Shown here in pieces: positions 1 through 13,362 of a stretch of DNA of 64,000 bases. Positions within the stretch are counted from its first letter, which is position 1. Every line of letters starts with the position of its first letter. This stretch comes from Styela clava (Eukaryota), in the NCBI RefSeq assembly GCF_964204865.1, contig NC_135259.1, positions 14,570,001 through 14,634,000 on the forward strand. Direction: 5' to 3'. The notes beneath the pieces were generated by a model. That model did no database searches. It was given only the letters and a program-made list of their open reading frames with translations, and was not told where the DNA came from. The position numbers were made by a program, and so were the translations under genes.

Positions 1-44
1 CTCTTTATCTCTTATATTTGTATGAATTTTCAAGCTTTTTTGAA

Positions 45-285
45 GGAACAATGGGTAGTTGGCGACATGGTAAAATGGTCCGTTTTTTTTCTTCGGTCAG
101 GTTTTCGGTCGTAACTTTTTTATTTATGGCCGCATTTTAGTGTAATTTCGCAGAGCTACGAGGGATAAGTGGACGATAACGCGTGAGAAATATCGGCGCG
201 GTTCGTTATTTTTTTCGGCATTAATTTAATCGATGAAGTTGATGGTCGCAGATAGGTCATGTCCGCAAAGTGGGTAAGCCACCCT
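45..285. repeat. Interspersed repeat family B, copy 1 (~240 bp)
   Basis: Reverse-complement similarity along its length to 34419-34652 (e.g. gggataagtggacgataacgc vs gcgttatcgtccacttatccc). No clear TIR or TSD. Confidence 0.75.
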
Positions 286-565
286 AAGTATGTTGATAGG
301 TATTTGTCTGTCTGTGTGTATGTCTGTTAGACGCACGCGATATCTCACGAAAGCGAGATTGAATCTGCTCCAGATTTTGCATGTGCATTCATTATATCTC
401 GGACCAAAAGCCCATTGATTTTGGGCGAATTATGCCGTATAATTAGCAAGTTATCAATTAATTAGTGATGGGACACAAGCTGTCACTATGGAGTAAAAGC
501 GCTGTTTTGGGGGATCCCCTAACTTTCGATTGATAAATCTTCGGTCTCTGACCGATACTCTCGTT
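285..565 (-). mobile_element. Helentron/DINE-like non-autonomous repeat family C, copy 1 (hairpin end missing)
   Basis: Reverse complement of 51245-51543. Contains a (TGTC)n-like microsatellite. Abuts family B where the terminal hairpin would be. Confidence 0.65.
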
Positions 566-964
566 TTGTAGTTTCGATGCATCAGATTGATTTTCGTAAC
601 CCTGAACGCTTGACTCCAAATCTGTTTTCAAATTTGTTGAATTGGGCGTATTGTTTTTATGCTTGAGTGTAGCCAATTTATTTTAAGTGTAATTTGTAGG
701 AACAATTTAGGAAATTTAGAAAAAAAGACTATCCATTTGTCCATGTGTGAAATTTAGGAAGTTAGCATTTTAGGTCAAATTTTAGAGGTCAGAACGACAT
801 TGAACGATGGAAACAGGGTTAACCACATATTCCTGCATTCAGGTCATCATGAGTTATGTAGCCAGAAAACGCCATAAATGAGGCTCCCTATATATTCTTG
901 ACTTGAATTATCCTCTTTTCTATCTACAGGTTCTATGCATAGTGGATCTTTCTATTCCTAAATT

Positions 965-3826
965 ATGAATATGCATGGGCCTTCAAATTTTCCTCCAAAT
1001 ATTAGAGGACCTGGTCCGGGCCAGTTCATGGGCCAACTTGGTCCAAATCAAGGGCCAGGGGCCCCAGGCTTACTTGGACCACCGCCAATGTTTCAAGGTC
1101 CGAGGGGACAATTTGGACCTTCATTTGGTCCACCTAACCAGTCTCATGGCCCACCTCCTCTTATGGGTCCTCCACCAAGGGATATGGGACCGATGGGTGG
1201 CATGGGGGGTCCACCAGGCTTCATGGGAAACTCTCCAAGAATGCCTGGTGATCTTCCTCCACGTTTGCCTGTTATTGATAGAAGCAAAGAGATATGGGTG
1301 GAAACTGGAACAGATCAGGGTAAAGTGTACTACTATCATGCAATAACTCGCAAATCCGTATGGAAGAAACCAACTGATGAGAATATTCAAATAATTACAC
1401 AAATTGAAGCAAATGCACTGGCAGCTGCCACTGCTGCAGGTATTATTCCCCCTATAAATGTAGGCGGACCAACGGGAAAGACAAATATGGGACAAATGAA
1501 GGACGGAGATTCTGCTGCCTCTCTTGAGCAGGGCCAACAAAAATCAGAAAGCCAAGAAAATGATAAAGATAATCAGAATGATAATGATAAGCTTGATGAC
1601 CATGATGGGGAGCCGATGGATCAGGAACCATTGATGAAAGAGCAGTCAAAACCTGATGTTTCAATGAATTTCTTAGGTCCAAGTGGACCTATGGGTCCAA
1701 GGATGGGCGGACCTGGTCCTGGCATGGGCGGTCCAGGGCCGATGCCCATGATGAGGCCTCCAGGGCCTGGTATGCCGAGAGCGGGTTTTCCAGGTATGCC
1801 ATTTGGTGGACCCTTTATGGGAAGACCACCAATGTTCATGCCTGGTGGAGGCACGGTCTGGAGGGCCCATAAAGCTCCCGATGGTCGTACATATTATTAT
1901 AATATTACTACAATGGAAACCCAGTGGAATAAACCTAAAGAATTAGAGCAATTTGAGGAGGCTACTAAAAATAAGGCTGAAGAAGCAAATCAGAGGGAAA
2001 ACGCTGATAAAGTAAATGCTTCTGAAAATGATAATGAAAACAATGAAGAAAAACAACACACAAATTCATCTGATCGATCCAATGATCAAGAGAAACCACA
2101 ATCAATTATCAGTTCTAGTGGGTTATCAGAGGAGGAAAGAGCAAAACAAAAAGCAAGGCCAATAGCTACCGAACCCGTACCTGGCACACCTTGGTGCGTC
2201 GTCTGGACTGGGGACGACAAAGTTTTCTTCTACAACCCTACAACAAAGCTATCCATGTGGGACAGACCCGATGAATTGCGTGGTCGTACTGATATCGGTA
2301 AAATTTTAAGCGATCCCCCCCATAAGCGAAAAAGAGGTGCAGAAGAATCAGAACCTGCTAAACCTACAGAAGCAGTTTTAGCGGAGCAGATATCAAAAGA
2401 AGATGCTGGCATACCAGCTAAAAAGAAAAAGAAGAAAGCAGCAACAGAGGATGGGAGTCAACCTAATAAGCTTGCTATTCCTTATGTTCCCTTGGATGAA
2501 AGAATACAGCATTTTAAAGATATGTTGCACGAAAGAAAAGTTTCTGCATTTTCCACATGGGATAAAGAACTTCATAAAATTGTTTTCGATCCTCGTTACA
2601 CAATGCTAAATACAAAAGAAAGGAGGCAAGTTTTTGATGATTATGTCAAAGTAAGAGCTGAAGAAGAAAGAAAGGAAAAGAAAGCTCATTTGTTGAAAGT
2701 TAAAGAAGAATTTAAAGAATTATTGGAAGAAGCCAAAGTTCACAACAGAATGTCATTCAGTGAATTCGCCGGGAAATACGGAAAGGAATTAAGATTTAAA
2801 GCCATTGAGAAAATGAAAGAAAGGGAGGCTTTATTTAATGAATTCCTACAAGACGCAAGAAAGAAAAAATCAAATGAAGTGATCGAGAAAGCTATAAAAG
2901 TTAAGGAAGACTTCATGGCTTTGCTCGAAGAACAGAAAACTGAGAAATACTCAAGGTGGAGTCGCGTTTATGATAAGATTCATTCAGATTCAAGATTCTC
3001 TGCTGTGGAATCGTCGACGCAACGCGAGGATATGTGGAAAGAATATTGCGAAATAAGTAAAAGCAAAAAGAATAGTCGAACGGATGATGACGATGAAGAA
3101 ATAGAAAAGAAAAGAAGAACCGAGGAAAGTATGAAAGCGAGAGCTGAACAAGTGGAAAGGGAAAAAGCGGAGATGAGTCGAGAAATCAATACGGAAAGAC
3201 AAAAACATAAATTAGATGAAGCAATTCAACATTTTAAAGCTTTGCTTTCGGACATGGTTAAAAATACAGATCAATCATGGTCAGATATTAGAAGGCAGTT
3301 AAGAAAAGAAGTACGATGGGAAATGGCTTCATTGTTATCCAAAGAAGAAAAGGAAAAATATTTTGATGAGCACATCGAGAGCCTGAATAAACGAAAAAGA
3401 TCGGCATTCAAGAAATTATTGGAAGAAACCAAGCAAATTGAACTTACGTCTACATGGAAAGAAGTTAAAAAATTGATTAAAGAAGACCCGAGATATTCCA
3501 AGTTTTCTTCAAGCGATCGAAAACGAGAACGAGAGTTCGAGGAAGTAATGAGAGATAAAAAATCTGCCGCTAAAGCTGAATTTAGAGAGTTATTAAAAGA
3601 AACAAAGGTGATCAATCATAAATCAAAAGAATTAACAAAAAATAATCCTCAACACATGAAAGAAATTATCGCAATTTTAGAAAATGACAAAAGATATCTG
3701 GTGATGGACTGTATGCCTCGTGAAAGAGATGACCTGCTATACTTTTATATGGACGATCTTTATCGCAAAGGTCCTCCCCCGCCCCCCACTGCAACAGAAC
3801 CATCAAGGAGGGGAGCAAAAACGTGA
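965..3826 (+). CDS. TCERG1: Transcription elongation regulator 1 (CA150), 953 aa, single coding exon
   Basis: Three WW domains (IWVET..GKVYYYHAITRKSVW; VWRAHKAPDGRTYYYN..TQW; PVPGTPWCVVWTGDDKVFFYNPTT..SMW). Tandem FF domains (VSAFSTWDKELHKIVFDPRY...). Conserved C-terminal GPPPPPTATEP. In-frame TAA at 959-961 fixes the start. Splice acceptor AG at 928-929 lies in the 5'UTR. Confidence 0.95.
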   Translation: MNMHGPSNFPPNIRGPGPGQFMGQLGPNQGPGAPGLLGPPPMFQGPRGQFGPSFGPPNQSHGPPPLMGPPPRDMGPMGGMGGPPGFMGNSPRMPGDLPPRLPVIDRSKEIWVETGTDQGKVYYYHAITRKSVWKKPTDENIQIITQIEANALAAATAAGIIPPINVGGPTGKTNMGQMKDGDSAASLEQGQQKSESQENDKDNQNDNDKLDDHDGEPMDQEPLMKEQSKPDVSMNFLGPSGPMGPRMGGPGPGMGGPGPMPMMRPPGPGMPRAGFPGMPFGGPFMGRPPMFMPGGGTVWRAHKAPDGRTYYYNITTMETQWNKPKELEQFEEATKNKAEEANQRENADKVNASENDNENNEEKQHTNSSDRSNDQEKPQSIISSSGLSEEERAKQKARPIATEPVPGTPWCVVWTGDDKVFFYNPTTKLSMWDRPDELRGRTDIGKILSDPPHKRKRGAEESEPAKPTEAVLAEQISKEDAGIPAKKKKKKAATEDGSQPNKLAIPYVPLDERIQHFKDMLHERKVSAFSTWDKELHKIVFDPRYTMLNTKERRQVFDDYVKVRAEEERKEKKAHLLKVKEEFKELLEEAKVHNRMSFSEFAGKYGKELRFKAIEKMKEREALFNEFLQDARKKKSNEVIEKAIKVKEDFMALLEEQKTEKYSRWSRVYDKIHSDSRFSAVESSTQREDMWKEYCEISKSKKNSRTDDDDEEIEKKRRTEESMKARAEQVEREKAEMSREINTERQKHKLDEAIQHFKALLSDMVKNTDQSWSDIRRQLRKEVRWEMASLLSKEEKEKYFDEHIESLNKRKRSAFKKLLEETKQIELTSTWKEVKKLIKEDPRYSKFSSSDRKREREFEEVMRDKKSAAKAEFRELLKETKVINHKSKELTKNNPQHMKEIIAILENDKRYLVMDCMPRERDDLLYFYMDDLYRKGPPPPPTATEPSRRGAKT

Positions 3827-5311
3827 ACACCTATTGGGCTATGCTTAATATTGAAGCTCAAAAAGTTGGTGGTTTGCTTTGCTACCATTTTTTGAAAAAA
3901 GGGGAAGGATTGAATGTGGAAATTCAAATTTTTCTGGGTGATAACAGAATTAAAAAAACACTGGAGTTACAATTTTTTTTAATGTAGCTTTTATATTATA
4001 ATTTAACGACACAGAACTCCTGGAATGATTAACGAACAGGTGTAGAACATTTGATAATGATGTTAAATGTGATCTGCTATGCTTAGTAATATGGATTATC
4101 ATTTCAAGTTTATTGTCGGTAACGGCACCTTTTCAGATTCAGTAGTTTTCATTATTATCTGATATTATTTTAGGGTAGTTTTTTGACATGCTGGTTCGAG
4201 AAATTTTGATTCTCAATTCTGTTATTTCTTCGTGTTTTATTTTATAGTTGCTGCTCAAACTAAGTTGGGTAAAAATGATGATTTTAATTTAGTGTACAAT
4301 ACTGGCACATATCATATCACATTCTCTGACACGAGTGCTAGAAGTTCCCTCTCACTGCCTTGTGTTGTTTTTTGGATATTTTCAGTATGTTGTACATGCA
4401 TTTAATCATTATTATTGATTATTGCTTTGGTAAGCATAAGATCGTAAATGTATGGATTGGTTGCAATATCAGTTCAATTGTAAAATCATCAATATCATCT
4501 TTCATTTAAAGTTCACTCATGTGCTTATTATTATTTTATAGTGCAGTCGTGATTTTTTTTGTCCACTCTAATTCTAACCCAGTCATTAGTGCCAATTTGG
4601 CTTCCATAACAGAGATTTCAAGCAATAAGTGATCAAGAAAGAACCGAAATGGATTTTGTGTTATCCTATGCCATATTTATTTAGTAAAAGTTTTATGAAC
4701 ATTCGTCTTGTTAAAAATATTCAGTTGTGGATAATATTAAAAAACAAAGTGTGGGTCATTATCAGAGATGGGTATTTCTAGAGACAAATTTTTAAGTTTA
4801 CACATGGCCAGGGATAACTGCATTGAGAACAATATTAGTAATAAGCACAAAAATGCATCACTTTTTCTTGACAAATTATTTGCATCGTTTCAATATTTAA
4901 TAATGTAGTAATGCATAACCACAGATTATCATATTGGGATAGCTTGAAATTATGGAAATTTTATATAAAACATGATTTTCTGCTCAACTAACTGGTACAA
5001 CTGTAATTTTTTCATCATTTTCTTGAAAATTTTAGAATGTCTTGGATTCAGAATTGTGTTTTTAATGTAATTATTTAGACATTCCAATGCTCAATTGCTT
5101 TTGAATATGTCATTGGTGCCAGAAACAAGTTTTTATGGAATATTCTACTTCATTTGTGTGTATGAGATGCTTTTATAGAAGAAATGTTAATAATAATCAT
5201 TTCTAATATTTGTAGGCGATCTCTCACCTTGTGTATTTCCTCATTTGATTTTGAATGTGTCTTAATTTTTTTTCAGATTTTTAGTTATATTGAGTTTGTC
5301 ATAGTTCAAAA

Positions 5312-8300
5312 ATGTTTAAGCGATTTCGGAAAACCTTACAAGATGCAACAGCGAATCCAACAAGTAATGCCCCGGCTCTACCTCAAGCTCCCGAGACACC
5401 AAAAAATGACGAAGCTTCTGGTTTTATATGCCCCATGTGCATGGCTGGATTCAGTGCACCTGATCAACTTCAAATTCACTTTGACCAAGCTCATAGTGAA
5501 GATCAAACTACAACACCACAAGAAACTACCATAAAGCAAGTGGAAGAAAATGGGAATTCTGATAACGCTACCAACGATGCGAATTCCATACAAAGTAAGT
5601 CTGATCATGTTGAACCATTGCATGCCGTTGCTGTAAAATCACAAAATGACAATACAAACAGACATCCATTTGCTTACACAGATGGTGACGGTTCGAATGA
5701 TCAAAAACCTTCTGCTAACAAAGACGCAGTTGGCGAAAACGGAGAAGACTCCCTTCGACAAGAAATATCAGATTTAGAAGCATCATTAAAAGAAGAAAAA
5801 TGGTATTCAAGTGAATTGAAAGCAGAATTAGAAAAGAAGGAAAATGAACAAAAGGAAGTAGAATTAATAAAACAACAGATGAGTATTTCAATAAAGACGA
5901 ACGAAGATTTAGCGAGGGAGAAAGAAAATGTCACTCAAAAACTGGCTGAAAAATATCAAGAATGCGCGAAGCTCCAATCGCAGATTGATGAGCTCAAAAG
6001 TGAAAAATTACACCAAGTGGAAACGAACGAAAATCAGAGTGCAGAGTTGGAAAAAGCTGCTGCGTGGATACGGGACTTAGAATCACAGCTCATTGAAAGG
6101 CCAGGTGCCGATGACGTTTTGGTCTTGAAGAAAGAATTGGTTTCCGTGCAACAATTAATGGATACGCTCACTCTCGGCAGTGAAAAAGAGAAAGCAGATG
6201 TAGAGGAACAGTGCAAAAAGCTTGAAGGAGAAAATTCACAGTTGAAGAAGACCATTGAAACCTTACAAGAAGGACATGAGCAAGCTTTACTTGACCAGCA
6301 GAGTTCCCAAACCCTGTTGTCCGAATCTTTGCAGCAAAAAGAATCTGAAACAAAAAAACTTGAACAGGTTAGGTTGGACGAAATTGAAAAGTTGAAAGAG
6401 GAGTTGTCTAATCTTCAGAGTGCTTTGGAAAATGAACAACTGAATTCACGAAATCTTGAAGTGGAAAATAATGTTTCACAAGAAAAGTATTTAACAGAGA
6501 AACAGGATAGGGAGAAATTTGAAAGTGATTTGAGCAAAAACAAAGGAGAACTGGCCAAACTGGAAAAAAAGCTTGAAAATCTTAATGTTGAATTGTCAGA
6601 TACCAAGTTGCAAAAAGAGAAAATACAGTCAAAACTTGATGAACAATTACAACAGTCTGAGAAATCATCCACTGAAAAAGAAGTTGATTTGAGAGAGAAG
6701 ATCGCTAAAATTGAATCGCTGACACATCAGTATGAAGATTCCGTAACAAGCCTGAATTCAGCTAAAAAAGAGATTGAGAATCTGTCTACTAGTAAAAGTG
6801 GGTTGCAGTCTGAATTGGAAAAGTTACGTGAGGCACATAACGAACTACAGTTGTCCAATACCTTAGCAGTGCAAAAGTATGAAAGCAATATTGAAGACCT
6901 TAGAATGAAGCTTAACCAGGCATCGTCAACAGATTCAGAATTACAAAAGCAAATCGAACAACTTGAATCTGACGCAAAAAAGAATTGGGAGGAAAACCAA
7001 GAAGAAAGAGGAAAGTCTAGAATTGCTTTGTTGGAATATGAGAATCAAGTAGTGCAAATCAAAAGTGAACAAGAAAAATTGGAAAACGAACTGAAAGAAG
7101 TGAAAATACAATTAAAGGAAGAAGTGGATAAGAGCAATAATCTAAAGGAATCATCTGCGAATCTAACAGAACAGAATAGGTCTTTAGAAAGTGAAAAAAA
7201 TGCATCTGTACTTCAGGTGCAAGCCTTGGAGAAAAACCTTGCCGACGTAAATCTGAAATTTGCTTCGATTTGTCAAGAAAAAGAAACTGTTCTAGCAGAC
7301 GTTAAACGACTTCAAGATGAAAGAACTGAATTGATGGCTAAAATGGAAGTTGGTGAAGGACAGGCTGAATTGGTCGGACAATTGAAGGATGAAAATGATT
7401 CGCTGAGAAAACGTCTTGAAGAGGGTGATGCAAAGTTGAAAGAAATAGTTCAGCAGCATGAAGCAATAACTAAAGAATTCGAAGGTGTGATCGCAGAGAA
7501 TAAAGCTAAATTAAAAGAACAACATGAAAAAATCGATACATCTCAATCTGCTGTAGTTAACTTAGAATCAGAGGTAAAGAACTTAAAAGAGGATGGCGTT
7601 AGACACAAGAAAGATATGACCGAAAAGAACGACAATATTAAGAAGATGAATGAAGAAATCACAACCTTGAAACTGGAATCTGAAACAAAGGCATCACTAT
7701 TCCAACGATCTGTTGATGAAAAATCTAGAGATATAGAAAAATTGACGACTACATTTGAAAATTTGAAGTCATCCTCTGAAAATGCTCAAATGAAGGCAGA
7801 AGAAACAAGAGTACGTTTACAAGAACGTTTAAATGAATTGCAACAGGAAAATACTGAGATAACCCTGAAATTAAAAGAAGAAGAAGGAAAAGTAAACTTG
7901 AAAGAATCTGAAATTACTGAACTTAAATTGAACATGGAAAATGTGAAAGAACAACATCAACAAGAAATTGATGTGATGAAAACAAGGCAGGGTGAGAAAA
8001 AGGCGGCACTGGAGTTGCAATTGAAGGCATTAGATGAACATCTTGCTACCACGAAAGCAGAGCTTGGTGCCACCAATGCAACAAAAGCTCAAGTTGAGTC
8101 AAGTTTAGCAGATGCTAACAAAAATTTAAAAAATGCTGAAAACACCATTGATAGTAAGGAGAAAAGTATATCAAGTTTGGAGTCCGATATTCAGTCTTTG
8201 AAAAATAAAATTAATGAAGGCGAAACCAAATTGCAGGTGTCTATTTTGGAGTTTGAGAAAAAGATTACCGGCTTAAACGAGCAACATTCAAATGATATAA

Positions 8301-11300
8301 AACAAAGGCAAACAGAAAATGAAGGCAATGTTAAAAAATTTCAAAGCGATATTGACACATTGAAGAATGAGCACAGTGCAGCTATTGCACAGTTAAAAGT
8401 ATTGATTGATGAAAAGGATGCTCTCGTGAAAGAGAAAAATCTGGAAGTTTTAAAACTCGAGGGTGAGATAAAAGTAAGAGACGGTGAAATCGAAAATGTC
8501 AAGTCTAATTTTGCATCAGAAGCTGGTGATTTGACAGGGAAATTGACAGCATCCAATGCTAAGATAACTGAACTTGGAAAGGCTGTCGAAAATTTGAAAT
8601 CCGATAAAGCGAGTCTTGATAATCAACTTTCTGCAAAGATTGAAGAATTTTTTACATTGCAAACAAAATTATCTAAATTGGAGAACGACTATGGCATCCA
8701 AACTGAAAAATTGAATTCTACCAGTGCTGAGTTGGAAACAAACGTTGCAACTTTGGCGGAAGTGAATCAAAAATTGACAAAAAGTGACAGCGAACTAGTC
8801 ACATCTCGTGGAACTTTGCATGAAACGTCCGTAAAGGTTTCAAGTCTGGAAGCAAATGTCAAAAATTTAGAAGAGTTGTTAAAATCTGGTGATAGTAGAG
8901 TGATTGAGACTGAAAAAAGTCTTGAAGAGGCAGAGAAAAAGCTGCTTGAAGCTGGTAGTTCAATTCAGAGCAAAGAAGAAGAAATTATTACGTTGAAAGA
9001 ATACTTCACCGCGAAAGAGAAAGAGTCGAATAAAAAATGTGAAGATTTCTCAATCGAAATAGAAAAACAGAAATCTGATATCAATGAATTGGAATCTAAG
9101 TTGAAGGAACGAGTTAGCCTGCATGAAAAGGAAGAAACAGCTTGGAAAGACGAGAAAATGTCACTGGAAAATGAAGCAAAAGAAAAGGAAACTCATTGGA
9201 AAGAAGAAAAAGAAGAATTATTGCAATCTCAAGATACATTAAAAGGTGCTCAACAAATTCTTATCAACGCAAAAATGGAGTTGCAAAAACAACTTGAACT
9301 TTCAACCAAGGATACGGAGTCGCTGAAAAGTCAAATGGAAGAATTAAAAGTTTCTCATGGAGAACAACAAGCTGCAGTAGATGGCAAAATTACAAATTTA
9401 TCAGCCGAGTTGGATGCCATTAAAGGATCGTTAAAAACTGAACAAGAAGAAAAACAAAAAATGGAAGCAAGGTTGCAGCTGGAAGCAAGTACGTTGAGGG
9501 ATAACCTGGACAGTGTGAGAGCAGAATGGCAACAAGCTCTGCAACAGGTATGAGAAACTAGCTGGAATATTTTATTATGAGAAGAGTTAAGTTATTTCAA
9601 TTGATTGTGTACTTTAGCGATATGATGTATATCAGGGGTGGACAATTTTTTGGCCCACAAGTTATCGGAGGTCCACACTTTTTGCGTTTTACAATCATGA
9701 TAAAATTAAAATTTATCAATAAATCAATGTAGTTTTTTTCAATTTAAAATGCAATGACACTTAATTTATAAGTTCTATTAACAAGAAAAATGCACCTATT
9801 ACTTCTACAATTTTTAAAATTGGGGGTCATATTGCTTGTTGAATCCTCGTCAAAGCCTGCAAATTAATGCCTGGCAGGGAGCATTTATATTTATTCTTTT
9901 GATTTAATAGAAAACCACTGTTAGTTAGTCATTGTAGTTTGGGGACATGAATATAACTTAACAGAAGTGTAATTATTTGTTTCATCAAGTTTTATCTGTT
10001 TTTTGGGTTGGAATTATTGGATTGAGGCTTTCGTGGACCGCATAAAAATACTCTATCAGCCACAGTTTGCACACTTTGGTCTATATTAATACAGAGAGAT
10101 GACTTTTTTACTACTTTATCTTTCCCCTGTTCATAATTGAAATTTATTACTTGTATATGTTGTATTTATAGGATACCTCATTTCAACTAATACTCGTTCT
10201 TGCTGAATTTTGTCCTTGTTTATGTCCAGGTTGAAGAGAAGAATGTAGAGTCTGATGATCTACGAGGACAAGTAGTTGTTCTACAAGCCACTGTACAAAA
10301 CAATGCAGATGAACGTCGTGCTTTGCTTGAAAGATGCATTATTGCCGAACAAGGAGTCGAACAACTCAAATCTAATGAAGTGCAATTGAAAAAGAGACTT
10401 GATGATGCACAAGCTGCTATGCATGAGTTAGGAAGAGAAAATCAGGCTATGCAGGTACTTTGCTTATTAAGTTTATCGATTTAATAAATGCTTAATTTCC
10501 CTTGCTTTTTATCCCTCTTTTATCTACGACACCATAGTATACTTTGATTTGCTCTAAGGCTATATGGAGTACCAAAAAGTGTATTTTATTAGTGGTTAAC
10601 TAGTCTTACATCTCTCACTAACAAATTGCCTTGTGTAACATTTCGTCTCACCAAGAAAAGTCTTTCTCAGTCAAGCAGCTATGAATGATCTTGGTTGTTT
10701 GAATTATTGTGTGACCAACTATTGCTTATTTTTCCTTCCTTTGTGTTATCTTCAGAGATGTGCAGAGAAAATTGACAAAAATAAATTCTAGCGCCAGACG
10801 CTGGTAAATTTGATAACAAAAACTTTGAGCTTTTTTCAATAGGTTTCTAAGATCTCTTAGTAAACCTGATGCTTTTTGAGTTTCTGTGGATAATTTTGAC
10901 CTCTATCACTATTAAAAACATGAAATTCTGAGCAATTCAAATATTCGACCCTTACCCGTAAATTGGAGAATACAACACCCACTTCCACAACTCTGGACAG
11001 CACAGGCTACTTCATCAACCATATATTTTATTATTTAATTTTTTTTTTTACCATTCATTGTTTTACAATAGTTTGATAAAATCTCTATCTTATTAATCCA
11101 GGTGAAGCATACAACGGTTTTGTCTCGACAATGGGCAGATGACAGGGAGGCGATTGAATGCATGGGATGTAGAAAGCAATTCTCTCTCACCATCAGAAGA
11201 CATCATTGTCGACACTGTGGAAAGATATTCTGTGCGGAATGCTCCTCCAAAACAATGACTGTGGCAGCATCGAAAAAGCCTGTCAGAGTTTGCGAGAAGT

Positions 11301-11329
11301 GCTTTGATGATTTGCTAACTGTGCAATAA
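5312..11329 (+). CDS. EEA1: Early endosome antigen 1, ~1562 aa; coding exons 5312-9547, 10230-10454, 11102-11329
   Basis: N-terminal C2H2 finger (GFICPMC...QLQIHFDQAH), very long coiled coil, ERRALLERC motif, C-terminal FYVE domain (WADD, RRHHCRHCG, RVC). Both introns are GT-AG, phase 0. Acceptor AG at 5275-5276 upstream of the ATG. Confidence 0.93.
9633..10078. mobile_element. Degenerate hAT (Charlie-like) MITE in EEA1 intron
   Basis: Left end caggggtggacaa, right end ttgcacactttg. Flanks atgtatat/gtctatat (6/8 match, NTNTANAN-type TSD). Confidence 0.55.
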
Positions 11330-13348
11330 TTTGTTTGCCTTGATTTTTATTACATATCTAAACATCTATAGAGCAACATGACATGTGATTGTGAATGCTC
11401 GATTGTTCATAATTTCTTTCTGGTGAGAAAAATTACAAAATTCATATTATTCTTTCATAATCCCATGAATCAATGTTTATTCTATTTAGTTCACGAAAAA
11501 TAAATTCTAGATTCTGTGTTTCATCAAATCATCTATCTTCACCATCATAACTAGATACGTAAGTCACTTTTTGAGAAATTCAGGTTATATTTATATATAT
11601 ATACATTACTCTGAACAAGGTTGAAATGATCTAATGCATTTTTGGTATTTGAGTAATGGAATACTGGTATGCTAAAGTTGTATGAGGGTTTGCTATATAT
11701 AAGTTTGAATCACAATCATAACCTCCTTGGCCTAGCATTCATTTCTTGCCCTAAATTATTGAAATCTCGGTTTTACATTATATAACACCAGGGTTTATAA
11801 TATTCGATCTTGGATATGATTTCACGAAGATATCATACCTCTATTAAAGCATGATACAATTAACATACCGTAAATAATTTGTATTTCCTGAGATTATACT
11901 CTATTATCCATATTTTGAATGCTTTTTCTATCCTTACCTTATTTTGGCTTAAATTCATTTTTTGGAGTTGGCTTGTTCGCTGTTAAACTTTACTGTGTAG
12001 TGAAATCGATATTTTCCATTTTATTATTTATGCTATTATTCTTTCTTGCAGTATTTTTGTCAATATGCATTTTCAACAACATTTGTCATGTTGAGTTTCA
12101 CATATATTTATTGTTTATTCTGGGCCATACTTTGCCTGAATTGAAAAATTAGGATTGGAATTTTAAAAAAAGAATGGAGGTTATAAAATAAGAAGTATTT
12201 TGATGGATATGTTTATTATTATCAATATCAAGATTTCCTGTTAATAATTAAGGGGCTTTTTTGAAATGTACAATAAATACTGAATAAAAATTAATGATCT
12301 CCAAAGTATGCTTGGTGCCAAATCACTAATATTAATGATTTAAAATCTCACCTTATATAAAGCATATTGTCACATTGATCAAATATATAAATTACGCCTA
12401 CATCATTACTATTGTAAAATTATCCATTCAAGTTATTTTATTCTGCTAGCAGAATCATTTTGCATACATATTTTTTGAATTCAGCTAGGTGCATTTCAGC
12501 GTTATTCTTGTCATGCCATTTTGTTTTACCTATCATTATTTTTCACCGGTCACAAATCGGCTGAACAAGAACGAATATGATATTACAAATTGATAACACT
12601 CAGCTATATCAGCTTCTATTTGTCAAATTCATCCATCCATCCTTCTCATCTTGTTGTGGTTCATTTATTTGTCCCACCTACCGGTAAATTGTATATTTTA
12701 TCATTTTCTGCTTCTGTGTATGTCCTGCTATGTTGAATGTTCCTCAGTTATGAACAGTAATTCTGCTTCTTCTTGGATGAAATTCGCTGGTGCTACGTCC
12801 TTGTTCCATTAAGACATTTTCCATTTACGGTAGCATTTCTGGAGTTACAGCCAAATTGACAATTGGCTCAAGAGTTACAAAATAGCAAGATAAAAATCAT
12901 AACAAATCTTTTGTCTCATAGAAGATTGTTTAAATTTGATTTGTGAACGAATCACATTCATGAATTTATATTATAACAGTATTAAGGTAATTTTATATAA
13001 TAAATTATTCATCTGCGATTTGTGTACTAAAACAGCACTTTAGATGACGGTAATAATGAAAAGGGGCAATTTTAATGGTTCTAAGTTTCCGATGTTTTTA
13101 CACAACGTAAGCTGAAACGACAAGTGAGGTTAGTGTAAAATACGAATGAAGGCAATATGTGGTTGTAGTAATATGGTGGAGATAGGTTTCAAACGTTTTT
13201 GCAATAGTCTGTCCAAGTTGTGGGTATCGATTGTTGTCGAAATGAGTAACAGTACATGATATTATTCTTTCCAGAATAGATTCTCAAGAGTTTGATGAAA
13301 ATAAACTCCAAAAATGAGATACCATGCACCATCAAGTGTCTATTTTCC

Positions 13349-13362
13349 GTCGCCATGAAAAC
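13349..13362 (+). promoter_or_regulatory. RFX X-box-like motif at putative IQCK promoter
   Basis: GTCGCCATGAAAAC resembles the X-box consensus GTNRCCATGGYAAC. A forkhead-like TAAATAAAC follows, then a donor aag|GTAATG at 13394 that can pair with the acceptor at 14488-14489. Confidence 0.55.

Noticed and set aside
975-8556. Many alternative-frame and antisense ORFs over TCERG1 and EEA1
   Set aside because: Shadows of low-complexity or coiled-coil coding sequence; no recognisable domains.
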